Part shown: positions 17,276 through 25,826 of the stretch, piece by piece
Position numbering within the stretch: position 1 is the first letter of the stretch
Layout: each line of letters opens with the position of its first letter
NCBI RefSeq assembly: GCF_000015145.1
Contig: NC_008818.1
Location: 150,001 to 182,000 of the forward strand
Direction of reading: 5' to 3'
Source: Hyperthermus butylicus DSM 5456
Lineage (GTDB): Archaea; Thermoproteota; Thermoprotei_A; Sulfolobales; Pyrodictiaceae
DNA length: 32,000 nt
The notes under the pieces: model-generated
Databases searched by the model: none
Told to the model about the DNA's origin: nothing
Seen by the model: only the letters and a program-made list of their open reading frames with translations
Translations under genes and position numbers: made by a program

Positions 17276-18294
17276 GTGCTCGTGGACACCCTCGCGTCAG
17301 CATTGCATCTCCCCACGTGGCTGGTAAGGGGGGTACTCGCTCCACTCGTTTACCCAGGCCTCGCAGCGATAGGTGTAGTAGCGCTCTTCATACTCTGGGC
17401 AGAGCGTAAGATAGCTGCCCGTGTCCAGATGCGCGTTGGCCCCTACTATGTGTCGCCACAGGCTGGCACGGCGCACTCCAGCTGCTGGCAGACGGCGTGC
17501 GCTTCATGTTCCAGGAGATAATAGTGCCCTTTGAGACTGAGAGGCTAGCATTTGCAGCGGCACCCATACTAGCCTTCACGATAGCAGTGCTGCCTCTAAC
17601 AGTCATACCTGGCGGTCCAGGAGTCTACGGGTTCACAAGCCCATACAGCATGTTGATAGCGTATGCACTACTCTCCCTGACAAGCATAGTCATACTCGTC
17701 ATGGGGTGGGCTGCCTCCAACAAGTTCACACTCATAGGTGCGGGCCGCGAAATACTCACAGCTATAGCTGGCGAGGTTGTACTTCTAGCCTCGATCCTAC
17801 CCACTGCGCTAATGTATGGCACGCTAGACATCAACGAGGCCGTAAGGGCGCAGATGGAGACTGGCATCATAGGCCTAGTAGCTAACCCTGTGGCTGCGCT
17901 CCTCTACTTCCTCGCAGCAATGCTGATAACCGATAGGATACCCTTCGACCTTGTGCTAGGCGAGCAGGAGATCGTGAATGGGCCCTACACCGAGTACAGT
18001 GGGTTCCTCTACGTGCTATCCATGGCGCTCGACTATGCCAAGCTTTACGCGCTAATGATGCTATTCACCGACCTCTTCCTAGGCGGCTGGGCTCCATTCA
18101 CTGGCGAGATCACTGGCAGCTTGGCGGTGTTCCTCAAGACGGTGGTGGTAATGCTCATAGCAGTATTCCTACGCTCGGTCTACGGTAGGATGAGGCTAGA
18201 CAAGATGGTCTCAATGTTCTGGGGCCGCTTCATGCCCCTAGCCTTTGCCGCCCTCATACTTGCAGTATTCGTGCGCTCGCTCTATCTCGGCTAA
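17276..18294 (+). CDS. nuoH: NADH-quinone oxidoreductase-like complex subunit H, frame interrupted near 17460
   Basis: First frame 17276-17521 gives ...LFILWAERKIAARVQMRVGPYYVSPQ. Conserved sequence then continues in another frame as GWHGALQLLADGVRFMFQEIIVPFETERLAFAAAPILAFTIAVLPL, read from 17461 and tracked as ORF 17497-18294. Restoring it needs a -1 shift or one extra nt near 17456-17464. Confidence 0.9.
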
Positions 18295-18324
18295 GTATGG
18301 GAAGTAGCGGAGGTGTAGGCTTGG

Positions 18325-18870
18325 ATGAGCCAGAGCGGGCAACCCGGAGCCGGGCAGACGGCAAGCAGTGGTGTTAGGGTCCGCAGGGTTAGTAGGCCAA
18401 AGGCCGGCATAGTGTCGGGCCACGTCTCGGCGATCTCTGCGGCCCTGCGTAGAGCGTCGAAGAAACCCATGACGCTAATGTACCCCACGGTGGAGGAGGA
18501 GAAGCCACAGCTCTTCAGGGGCTTCATACTCTACGACTACGACAAGTGCATAGGCTGCAGCTTGTGCGCCCAGATATGCCCAGCCAGGGCTATCAAGATG
18601 TATCGTGTCCCGGGCGACAAGAGGCTAAGACCCGGCTACGACGTTGGGCGCTGCATATACTGTGGCCTCTGCACAGACATATGCCCAACAGATGCCCTCA
18701 TCCTTAGCGACCGGTTCGACCACGTATTCGAGAAGCTTGAGGACATGATTTTCGATCCGATAGATTGGGCTCAGATCTCCAAGAAGATTAGGGAGGAGAA
18801 GCCCACGAGGAAGAGGGTTAGAACACTCGTAGATGAGGAGGTGGGTCTCCGGTATGAGCCTATCGGCTAG
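18325..18870 (+). CDS. nuoI: NADH-quinone oxidoreductase-like complex subunit I (2x[4Fe-4S] ferredoxin)
   Basis: 181 aa ORF; DKCIGCSLCAQICPARAIKM...GRCIYCGLCTDICPTDALIL. Confidence 0.95.
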   Translation: MSQSGQPGAGQTASSGVRVRRVSRPKAGIVSGHVSAISAALRRASKKPMTLMYPTVEEEKPQLFRGFILYDYDKCIGCSLCAQICPARAIKMYRVPGDKRLRPGYDVGRCIYCGLCTDICPTDALILSDRFDHVFEKLEDMIFDPIDWAQISKKIREEKPTRKRVRTLVDEEVGLRYEPIG

Positions 18871-19396
18871 CCTTGAGAGTGTTCTCTACTACTCTGTACT
18901 GCTCGGCTCGCTAGCTACAGTGGCAGTGGGCTCCATAGCAGCAGTAAGGGCTAGGAAGACCATCTACAGCATACTTGGCCTCGTGACTCTTGCTTTAGGC
19001 GTCTCAGCAGTATTTGCGCTCCACGGCTACACCTACCTGGCAGTATTCATCCTAGCCATCTACGTCGGTGCCGGCGTGACACTCATAGCACTCGTAGTAA
19101 TGGTGACAGGGTACTACCGCATACCTGTACAGCACAGCCCTGCAAAACTCCTGCTAGCATTCATAGCTGCTGCAGCTCTCCAGGCCCCAGTGCTAGTCTA
19201 CGGTGCAGCTCACAACGGGCCGGAGGCAGTAATGGTTGACCTTCGCAGTGTTGCAGCGGACATGTTCAAGTGTAAGATATGCATAGTGGTGATAATCATT
19301 ACCATCGCCTCGGTGCTGGTAGAGGCGATTGCTATAGCGAGGGGCGAGGCCCGCAAGTCCTCGCAGGTGGAAGGTAAACCCACCCATAGCGTCTAG
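18854..19396 (+). CDS. nuoJ: NADH-quinone oxidoreductase-like complex subunit J
   Basis: Polytopic ORF after nuoI; VRARKTIYSILGLVTLALGVSAVFALHGYTYLAVFILAIYVGAGVTLIALVVMV. The track starts at 18833; ATG 18854 is preferred. Confidence 0.85.
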   Translation: MSLSASLESVLYYSVLLGSLATVAVGSIAAVRARKTIYSILGLVTLALGVSAVFALHGYTYLAVFILAIYVGAGVTLIALVVMVTGYYRIPVQHSPAKLLLAFIAAAALQAPVLVYGAAHNGPEAVMVDLRSVAADMFKCKICIVVIIITIASVLVEAIAIARGEARKSSQVEGKPTHSV

Positions 19397-19438
19397 TTTT
19401 AAGAGGCTGGCATAGCTGTGTGAGGGGGTGGTGGAGCC

Positions 19439-19759
19439 GTGGCATGCGGGTTGTCGTTGGCTGACGTGGCGGTCTTTCTTGCGGCACTGGTAGCGTCTGC
19501 TATGGGTATATACGGGGCTATAACAGCGAGGAACGTTATAAGGCTACTTGTATCCATAGAGATCATATTCAACTCTGTGTTGCTCGAGGTCGCCTATATA
19601 GGGTTCCTCTCGGGTCTCAGTGTCGGGTTTTACTCTCTACTCGTCACGGTTATTGCCCTAACCATAGCCGAGATAGCCATAGTTATCGCGCTCACCGTGC
19701 TCGCGTTTAGGAAAAAGCAGAGCCTGGATATGGAGTCCATGACCGAGGCGAGGGGGTGA
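19439..19759 (+). CDS. nuoK: NADH-quinone oxidoreductase-like complex subunit K
   Basis: 106 aa, 3 TM; GIYGAITARNVIRLLVSIEIIFNSVLLEVAYIGF...ALTIAEIAIVIALTVLAFR. Confidence 0.9.
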   Translation: MACGLSLADVAVFLAALVASAMGIYGAITARNVIRLLVSIEIIFNSVLLEVAYIGFLSGLSVGFYSLLVTVIALTIAEIAIVIALTVLAFRKKQSLDMESMTEARG

Positions 19760-19762
19760 GCC

Positions 19763-21277
19763 GTGGTGGCCAGCGGAGTGGAGACAGTTACCCTTAGCGC
19801 TCCTCTGCTCTGGCTGGCAGTGGCAGCCCCAATAGCAGCTGGCATTGTAAGCGGCTTCGCTGGCCGCAGCATCAGCGCTAAGGGCCACACAGCGCTAGCT
19901 ACAGTGTCGTGGCTTGTATCGCTGCTACTCCTATTCCCAGCCCTAGGCCACGCACTCGCAGGCAGGGTTGTAGTCGACCCATTTTACGGGGAGGTGCCAG
20001 GCCTAGGTGTATTCGCCCTGTTCATGGATGCGGTGTCAGCCATACTGGCGCTGAGCGTTGTGCTGGTAAGCCTCATCATAGCAGTGTATAGTAGGCCATA
20101 CATGGAGCACCGCTTTGAGGAACTCGGCGGCGGGAGCTGGGGCACCTACTTCCTACTATACCAGCTATTCACAGCCGGCATGCTGGGCGCAGTACTAGCC
20201 AGTAACACTATCCTCTTCTACCTCTTCCTAGAGCTCACCTTAATACCAAGTGGCCTCCTCATAGCGCTATACGGGTATGGGGATCGGCTGAGGGTAGCCC
20301 TCCTATACCTAGTCTGGACCCACGTCGGCACACTGCTGTACCTGCTCGGCGTATTCATCTCCGGGGCCTACGACATCTACGTGCCTGATACCGGCTACAC
20401 AGTGGCAGCATTCACTGGACTACTGCCGCTAGCACTGATAATTGTTGGGCTCGGCGTAAAGATGGCTATGGCTGGCATACACTTCTGGCTCCCCTACGCC
20501 CACGCAGAAGCACCAACACCAGTCTCAGCACTACTATCCCCACTCTTCATCGGCGTTGGTGGCTATGCGTTATTCCGCGTTGGCGTAGGCATGTTCCAGG
20601 CTGACTGGGCCACGCTACGCCCCATACTGTTCGCCTGGGCGGTAGCGACAATGCTCTACGGTGGCTTCCTTGTGCTGGTACAGCAGGATGTCAAGAGGCT
20701 CTTCGCCTACAGCAGTATATCCCAGATGGGCTACATTATGCTCGGACTCTCCGTAGCAAACCCCGAGGCTGAGGCAGGAGCAATACTCCACTACATGTCC
20801 CACGCGCTGGGCAAGGCAATCCTCTTCGGCGTCGCCGGTGTCTTCATCGTGGCGCTCGGCACGAGGAATATCAGGGAGATGGGTGGCCTCCTAGGCGTGA
20901 TGCCCTACACCGGCAGCATAGCCCTGACAGGCTTCATGCTCATCTCGGGGCTACCGCCAACCCTCGGTATGTGGAGCGAGGTGCTCCTAGTATTCGGCTA
21001 CGCCAAGTGGGCAATGGGTCTCGGGCTAGGACTCTTCCTGCTAACAGCTGCTCTCGTGGCAGCAGCCATGTCGCTCACCGTTGTCTACAGTTTCCAGACC
21101 TTCCGCCTCGTATTCCTCGGCCGCCGTGGCCCGGCAGCCGAGCGGGGCGGGGAGAGCCACGCATCCAGCCTCATAGCCCCCTTGTTGGCCCTCGCGGTTC
21201 TCGGTGTCACCCTGTTTGTTGCTGCGGGTGTACTCGTGGATCCACTCGTAGACTTCCTAAGGGTGGTGTATGGCTAG
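19763..21277 (+). CDS. nuoM: NADH-quinone oxidoreductase-like complex subunit M (proton-pumping antiporter-like)
   Basis: 504 aa polytopic; FYLFLELTLIPSGLLIALYGYGDR, MAGIHFWLPYAHAEAPTPVSALLSPLFIGVGGYALFR, LFAYSSISQMGYIMLGLSVANPEA. Confidence 0.88.
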   Translation: MVASGVETVTLSAPLLWLAVAAPIAAGIVSGFAGRSISAKGHTALATVSWLVSLLLLFPALGHALAGRVVVDPFYGEVPGLGVFALFMDAVSAILALSVVLVSLIIAVYSRPYMEHRFEELGGGSWGTYFLLYQLFTAGMLGAVLASNTILFYLFLELTLIPSGLLIALYGYGDRLRVALLYLVWTHVGTLLYLLGVFISGAYDIYVPDTGYTVAAFTGLLPLALIIVGLGVKMAMAGIHFWLPYAHAEAPTPVSALLSPLFIGVGGYALFRVGVGMFQADWATLRPILFAWAVATMLYGGFLVLVQQDVKRLFAYSSISQMGYIMLGLSVANPEAEAGAILHYMSHALGKAILFGVAGVFIVALGTRNIREMGGLLGVMPYTGSIALTGFMLISGLPPTLGMWSEVLLVFGYAKWAMGLGLGLFLLTAALVAAAMSLTVVYSFQTFRLVFLGRRGPAAERGGESHASSLIAPLLALAVLGVTLFVAAGVLVDPLVDFLRVVYG

Positions 21278-21290
21278 GGGGTGATGCCTA

Positions 21291-23255
21291 ATGGTTGAGC
21301 CTGGCGTTGCAGCTCTCGTGGCGGTGTTCGCGGAGTATGCCGCGGCACTTGTAGCCCTACTGCTGGGTGCTGCTGGAGCCCGGTGGCGTGGCATAGCGTG
21401 GACCGGTGTTGCCGGCGCAGCAGTATCAATGGTTGCTTCGTGGCTGGCGTTCCTCGGCGGCGAGGGTAGGCTGGAGTACGAGTGGGTTAGGAGCCTGGGC
21501 GTAGCCTTTAGCCTCGACGTGGACCTACTAGCAGCCATCATGGGTGTTGTTGTCGCCACGCTGAGCTTCCTAATAGCAGTCTACAGCGTCGAGTATATCG
21601 GTGAGTGGGGTGCGCCCAGGTACTGGTTCTTCTACAGCTTCTTCGTTGCCAGCATGCTATTGCTAGTCTACGCTGGCGACATGATAACACTGTTCATAGG
21701 CTGGGAGGGCACTGGGCTTTCGAGCTGGGCGCTGATAGGCTTCTACTACGATGAGAGGGAGGAGGCGTGGGTTGGCGATCCTGGCCGTGTAGCGCTAGGC
21801 GTGCCGATGTGGTTTACTCCGACCCATAGCGGGCTGAGGGCGATAGTGTTTACGAGGCTCGGCGATATGGGTATGCTGATAGGCATGGGTATGGTGTACG
21901 CCATTATAGGTACTACCAGCATAGCAGCAATGGCAGTTGCTATGAACAGTGTAGCGCTCAACATGTATGTTAAGGGCGTACTGGCTGCATGGGTGATACT
22001 ATTCTACCTTGGCGCGCTGGCTAAGAGCGCACAGTTCCCCTTCCACGAGTGGCTTGTAACGGCAATGACAGGCCCAACATCGGTATCAGCGCTAATACAT
22101 GCTGCGACAATGGTGAAGGCTGGCGTCTACTTTGCGCTGCGTTTCACCCCGTTCATAGCGCCGGCGCTGTTCTGGGTTGGCGCCGGGATAGCTTCGATGA
22201 AGGCACTTGCGTGGCTAGCACTCCTAACAGCCTTCGCCACGGCGACAATGGCGATTGTAGCTAGGGAGCTGAAGCTCATACTAGCGTTCTCGACGGCTAG
22301 CCAGCTATCCTACATGCTCGGCGCTGTCTTCGCAGCAGCGGCTGCAGGAGACCCGGCACTGGGCAGCCTCGGCGGCCTAGCTCATCTAGTGTCACATGCA
22401 GTGTTCAAGGCAGCACTATTCCTCGGTGCTGGCGCGATAATACATGCTGTCCACAGCAGATACATAACCGACATGGGCGGCCTACGCCGCCACATGCCCT
22501 ACACGTTCGCCGCAATGCTACTGGCTGGCGCTAGCCTGGCGGCACTGCCACCGTTCTCGGGCTGGTGGAGCAAGGACCTAGCAGTAAGGGCTATAGCTAG
22601 CCTTGGAGGCTTCGCCGAGGCAGTGGCGCTGCTGACAGCTGTTATCACGGCCGCGTACACGTTCAGAATGATATACTACGTGTTCTTTGGCGAGCCTCGG
22701 TTCCACGGCGAGCACGTCCACGAGGCTCCAGGGCTTATGCTCGGCCCCTACCTGGTGCTCGGCCTAGCAGCCCTCGGCCTAGGCGCAGTGTGGCCCTGGG
22801 TGGAGCATTACTTCGCGGAGGCCAGCGGCGCGGGCCACGTGGGCATGGAGCTGGCGACGGTGCTGTGGGGCACTCTGGCCGCCCTAGCTGGCACCTCAAC
22901 AGTAGCACTCTACTTTGCCGGCATGCTGAAGCCAAACAGGCCCATTGTGAGCCCGGTTGAGAGAGCAATTCACGACTTCCTATACGACCGCTGGTACGTA
23001 AACGCTATCATCTACAAGCTGATAGTCTATCCAGGCGCTAGCCTTGCCAGGGCCCTATGGGGGCTGGAGAAGCTGCTCGACACCGGCCTACATGTTGTGT
23101 TGCCAAGTGCCGCGGAGGCTGTTAGCACCGGGCTTCGGAGGAGGTTACAGTCGGGCGACCTACGCCTATACCTTGCGCTATTCGCCGTTGGACTTGCTTT
23201 AGCCCTACTCCTTGCCCTTGCTTTTTCACCAGCCCAACTCCATGTTGGTAGCTAG
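21291..23255 (+). CDS. nuoL: NADH-quinone oxidoreductase-like complex subunit L
   Basis: 654 aa polytopic; FIGWEGTGLSSWALIGFYYD, QFPFHEWLVTAMTGPTSVSALIHAATMVKAGVYFALRF, STASQLSYMLGAVFAA. Confidence 0.92.
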   Translation: MVEPGVAALVAVFAEYAAALVALLLGAAGARWRGIAWTGVAGAAVSMVASWLAFLGGEGRLEYEWVRSLGVAFSLDVDLLAAIMGVVVATLSFLIAVYSVEYIGEWGAPRYWFFYSFFVASMLLLVYAGDMITLFIGWEGTGLSSWALIGFYYDEREEAWVGDPGRVALGVPMWFTPTHSGLRAIVFTRLGDMGMLIGMGMVYAIIGTTSIAAMAVAMNSVALNMYVKGVLAAWVILFYLGALAKSAQFPFHEWLVTAMTGPTSVSALIHAATMVKAGVYFALRFTPFIAPALFWVGAGIASMKALAWLALLTAFATATMAIVARELKLILAFSTASQLSYMLGAVFAAAAAGDPALGSLGGLAHLVSHAVFKAALFLGAGAIIHAVHSRYITDMGGLRRHMPYTFAAMLLAGASLAALPPFSGWWSKDLAVRAIASLGGFAEAVALLTAVITAAYTFRMIYYVFFGEPRFHGEHVHEAPGLMLGPYLVLGLAALGLGAVWPWVEHYFAEASGAGHVGMELATVLWGTLAALAGTSTVALYFAGMLKPNRPIVSPVERAIHDFLYDRWYVNAIIYKLIVYPGASLARALWGLEKLLDTGLHVVLPSAAEAVSTGLRRRLQSGDLRLYLALFAVGLALALLLALAFSPAQLHVGS

Positions 23256-23285
23256 CAGTGACGCGTGTTGGCCGGGTGAGAGGCC

Positions 23286-24734
23286 ATGGCGGTGGTTGAG
23301 CTGCTCGTGGGCGACTACGGGTTTGCCCTAGGCGTAGGCCTCTACGCTGCAGCAGCGCTGGCAGCACCGCTGCTCGGTGTGAGAGCTTCAAAGTACATGT
23401 TCGGCTTGGCGGCACTCTGGGGGCTAATCTACGGCTTCCTAGTACTCGGCCAGACCCTTCCAGGCGGTGTAGTCTCAGCATTCTCGGGCTACATTGTGCT
23501 TGATAGCTTCTCGGCATTCCTCGAGACCGGCGCGGCGCTGGTACTGCTGCTCGCAGCGATAGGCTTGTCGGGGCTAGTGGATGGCTGGAGTAGCGGCGAA
23601 GCCTTCTACGCCGCGATGGGCCTCATGGCGCTTGGTATACATGTGCTTGCCGGGGCAGGCGTGCTGCAGCTCGTCTACGCGGCCTGGGTGCTAGCAGCAA
23701 TAACCAGCTATGTACTCGTAGCCCTCCGCAGGGATCGTATAGCAGCGGAGGCAGCGCTAAAGTATGCTGCTACGGGCGCCATAGCTACGGTAGTCCTGCT
23801 GCTCGGCATAACCCTGGCCTACCAGGCCTATGAGGGCTACGCCCTCGGTCCAGCTGTTGTTGCGGGCGGCGCTACTGCCGTGCTCGCCTTCGCCTTCATA
23901 GTCTCGGCAGCAGGGTTCAAGATAGGTATCGTCCCGTTCCAGGCGTGGATGCCAGACGTCTACGGCAACTCGGACCCCGCAGTAGTCTCAGTAATCGCCT
24001 CAATAGCTAAGATAGCCTCCGTGCTTATACTCGTCAGGCTCATAGCGCCTCTAGCATCTCTGCAGCCCGAAACCCTCTTTGACACAGTGGCTGTGCTAGC
24101 AGCTATAACCATGCTCTACGGCAACATAGGCGCCTTGGCAACGGTGAGGGATTCCCCACAGAAGACCCTGGCCTATAGCAGCATAGCCCAGGCAGGCTAT
24201 CTCGCAGCTGCAGTCGCGGCCCTGGCGAGGCTGCCGGGCGCAGAGAACCAGGCTGCCATTGCAGGCCTAGCATTGCACACCCTGGCCTATGCGCTCTCCA
24301 AGCTAGCAGCATTCCAGGCCCTAGCAGCAGCTGGCTGCGGCAGTAACAGCTGTGGCTGGGCAGCGCTCAGGGGCCTGGTGCGTCGCAGCCCCGCCACAGC
24401 ATTCGCACTAGTAGTAGCAATGGCAAGCCTCGCTGGTATACCGGTGACGCTTGGATTCTGGGGTAAGCTCTACATCTTCCTTGCAGTGGCGAGTATAAGC
24501 TGGCCACTAGCACTCTTCATGCTGGCGAACTTCGGCATAGCAATATTCTACTATGGCTATGTGATATACCAGGCGCTACTAGCGCCCGAGACCGGAAAAA
24601 CAATGGAAACCGTGGCTGGAGCTGAGGTGCGTGGAAACACGGACATTGCAGCGACTGCAGCGGCGCTGCTGCTGGTACTGCTGGGCCTGGTGGCCTGGCA
24701 GTTCTACAGTCTCACAGTCTACCCGTACCCCTAA
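23286..24734 (+). CDS. nuoN: NADH-quinone oxidoreductase-like complex subunit N
   Basis: 482 aa polytopic; AGFKIGIVPFQAWMPDVYGNSDPAVVSVIASIAKIASVLI, LAYSSIAQAGYLAAAVAA. Last member of the cluster. Confidence 0.88.
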   Translation: MAVVELLVGDYGFALGVGLYAAAALAAPLLGVRASKYMFGLAALWGLIYGFLVLGQTLPGGVVSAFSGYIVLDSFSAFLETGAALVLLLAAIGLSGLVDGWSSGEAFYAAMGLMALGIHVLAGAGVLQLVYAAWVLAAITSYVLVALRRDRIAAEAALKYAATGAIATVVLLLGITLAYQAYEGYALGPAVVAGGATAVLAFAFIVSAAGFKIGIVPFQAWMPDVYGNSDPAVVSVIASIAKIASVLILVRLIAPLASLQPETLFDTVAVLAAITMLYGNIGALATVRDSPQKTLAYSSIAQAGYLAAAVAALARLPGAENQAAIAGLALHTLAYALSKLAAFQALAAAGCGSNSCGWAALRGLVRRSPATAFALVVAMASLAGIPVTLGFWGKLYIFLAVASISWPLALFMLANFGIAIFYYGYVIYQALLAPETGKTMETVAGAEVRGNTDIAATAAALLLVLLGLVAWQFYSLTVYPYP

Positions 24735-25627
24735 ACGGCTCCTCTACCTTTCTGCCTCCTCTTTTTCGCGTAGCTGGCCATGAACCCTACTATTGCTGGG
24801 TAGTCCTCCTCCCCGTAGCCCTCCCCGGCCATGAGCGCATAGTATGCTGCAACGGCTGCCGCCAGGTGTCCGGGGAGCCCGGCATCCTGTAGAGCCTCAG
24901 CAGCATACCTCGCATCCTTCCCGGCGAGGCGGGCTGCAAAGCTGGCTGGGTGGCCTAGCCTGAACCGCTCGCCGTATCGCTCAGCTATGCTTCCAAGCCA
25001 GGTCTTCGAGATGATCCTCCCGAGGAACTCGTCGAAGCTAATCCCATAGGCCTCTACGAGGGCTGCAGCCTCCGCGAAGCCTGCTACCACCGAGAGGAAC
25101 AGCGTGTTGAAGGCCAGCTTTGCAGCCGTGGCGGCGGGGGGCTCTCCAACCCATACAGTCTCGCCTAGAGCTTTGAGGCGCTGGCAGACGCTCTCCCCCC
25201 TCTTGGAGCCGCAGAGTACTACGAGCCGGCCAGCCCTCGCGGCGGAGGGGCCTCCGAGAACTGGGGCCTCCACGTAGGTGCCACCGGCGCGCTCTACAAG
25301 CTCTAGCGCCAGCATAGTGTGGCGGGGGGTTACGGTGGTGTGGTTATAGACGAGCCTCCCCCCTAGATTAATAGATGTGATTCCCGTGGGCCCCGCTATG
25401 ACGCTCATTGAGGCCTCATCGTCAGACACCACGATGTGTACGGCGTTACACTTCTCTGCAGCCCCAGCCGGAGACCCAGCAACTTCCGCGTCAAGCCTAG
25501 CTGCGAGCTCTTCAGCCCGGCTCCTCGTACGGTTCCATACAACCAGTCTGAAGCCCCTATCGTGTAGCCTCTCGGCAATAGCCGAGCCCATCCTGCCAAG
25601 ACCTAAAACCGCTGCACACTGCTCCAA
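24731..25627 (-). CDS. NAD(P)-binding beta-hydroxyacid dehydrogenase (3-hydroxyisobutyrate dehydrogenase-like)
   Basis: 298 aa ORF; AAVLGLGRMGSAIAERLHDRGFRLVVWNRTRSRAEELA, YVEAPVLGGPSAARAGRLVVLCG, AAATAKLAFNTLFLSVVAGFAEAAALVEAYG. 4-nt convergent overlap with nuoN. Confidence 0.88.
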   Translation of the reverse strand: MEQCAAVLGLGRMGSAIAERLHDRGFRLVVWNRTRSRAEELAARLDAEVAGSPAGAAEKCNAVHIVVSDDEASMSVIAGPTGITSINLGGRLVYNHTTVTPRHTMLALELVERAGGTYVEAPVLGGPSAARAGRLVVLCGSKRGESVCQRLKALGETVWVGEPPAATAAKLAFNTLFLSVVAGFAEAAALVEAYGISFDEFLGRIISKTWLGSIAERYGERFRLGHPASFAARLAGKDARYAAEALQDAGLPGHLAAAVAAYYALMAGEGYGEEDYPAIVGFMASYAKKRRQKGRGAV

Positions 25628-25790
25628 GGCGTCCCGGCCTCCCCACCTTCTAGGCCCCTGGGTGCCCCATACTCTTATTCCCCTTAGCTAGATATTCAAG
25701 CTATACCACATATTTCCACAAGCCGTAAACTGGTGTTTAAGACGTATGTTATCGCGCGTTAAGTTACTTTCGTTTATTTCACGCGCAACG

Positions 25791-25800
25791 ATTAAATATA
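25791..25800 (+). promoter_or_regulatory. Putative TATA box upstream of octaheme cytochrome gene
   Basis: ATTAAATATA about 30 nt before GTG 25827, consistent with an archaeal promoter with very short or no leader. Confidence 0.5.
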
Positions 25801-25826
25801 GTAGGCGTTCTTAGAGCATATATACG

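Noticed and set aside
19193-19888. Minus-strand ORFs of 64, 86 and 76 aa opposite nuoJ/nuoK
   Set aside because: Fully overlap conserved nuo genes, show no domain signatures and have shadow-ORF composition.
20615-23014. Short ORFs of 62, 100, 72 and 77 aa (minus) and 71 aa (plus) inside nuoM/nuoL
   Set aside because: Alternate-frame shadows of the membrane subunit genes, with no independent evidence.
23122-23517. 131 aa minus-strand ORF within nuoL/nuoN
   Set aside because: Antisense to well-supported complex I genes; Ser/Arg/Pro-rich translation is typical of spurious ORFs opposite high-GC coding sequence.
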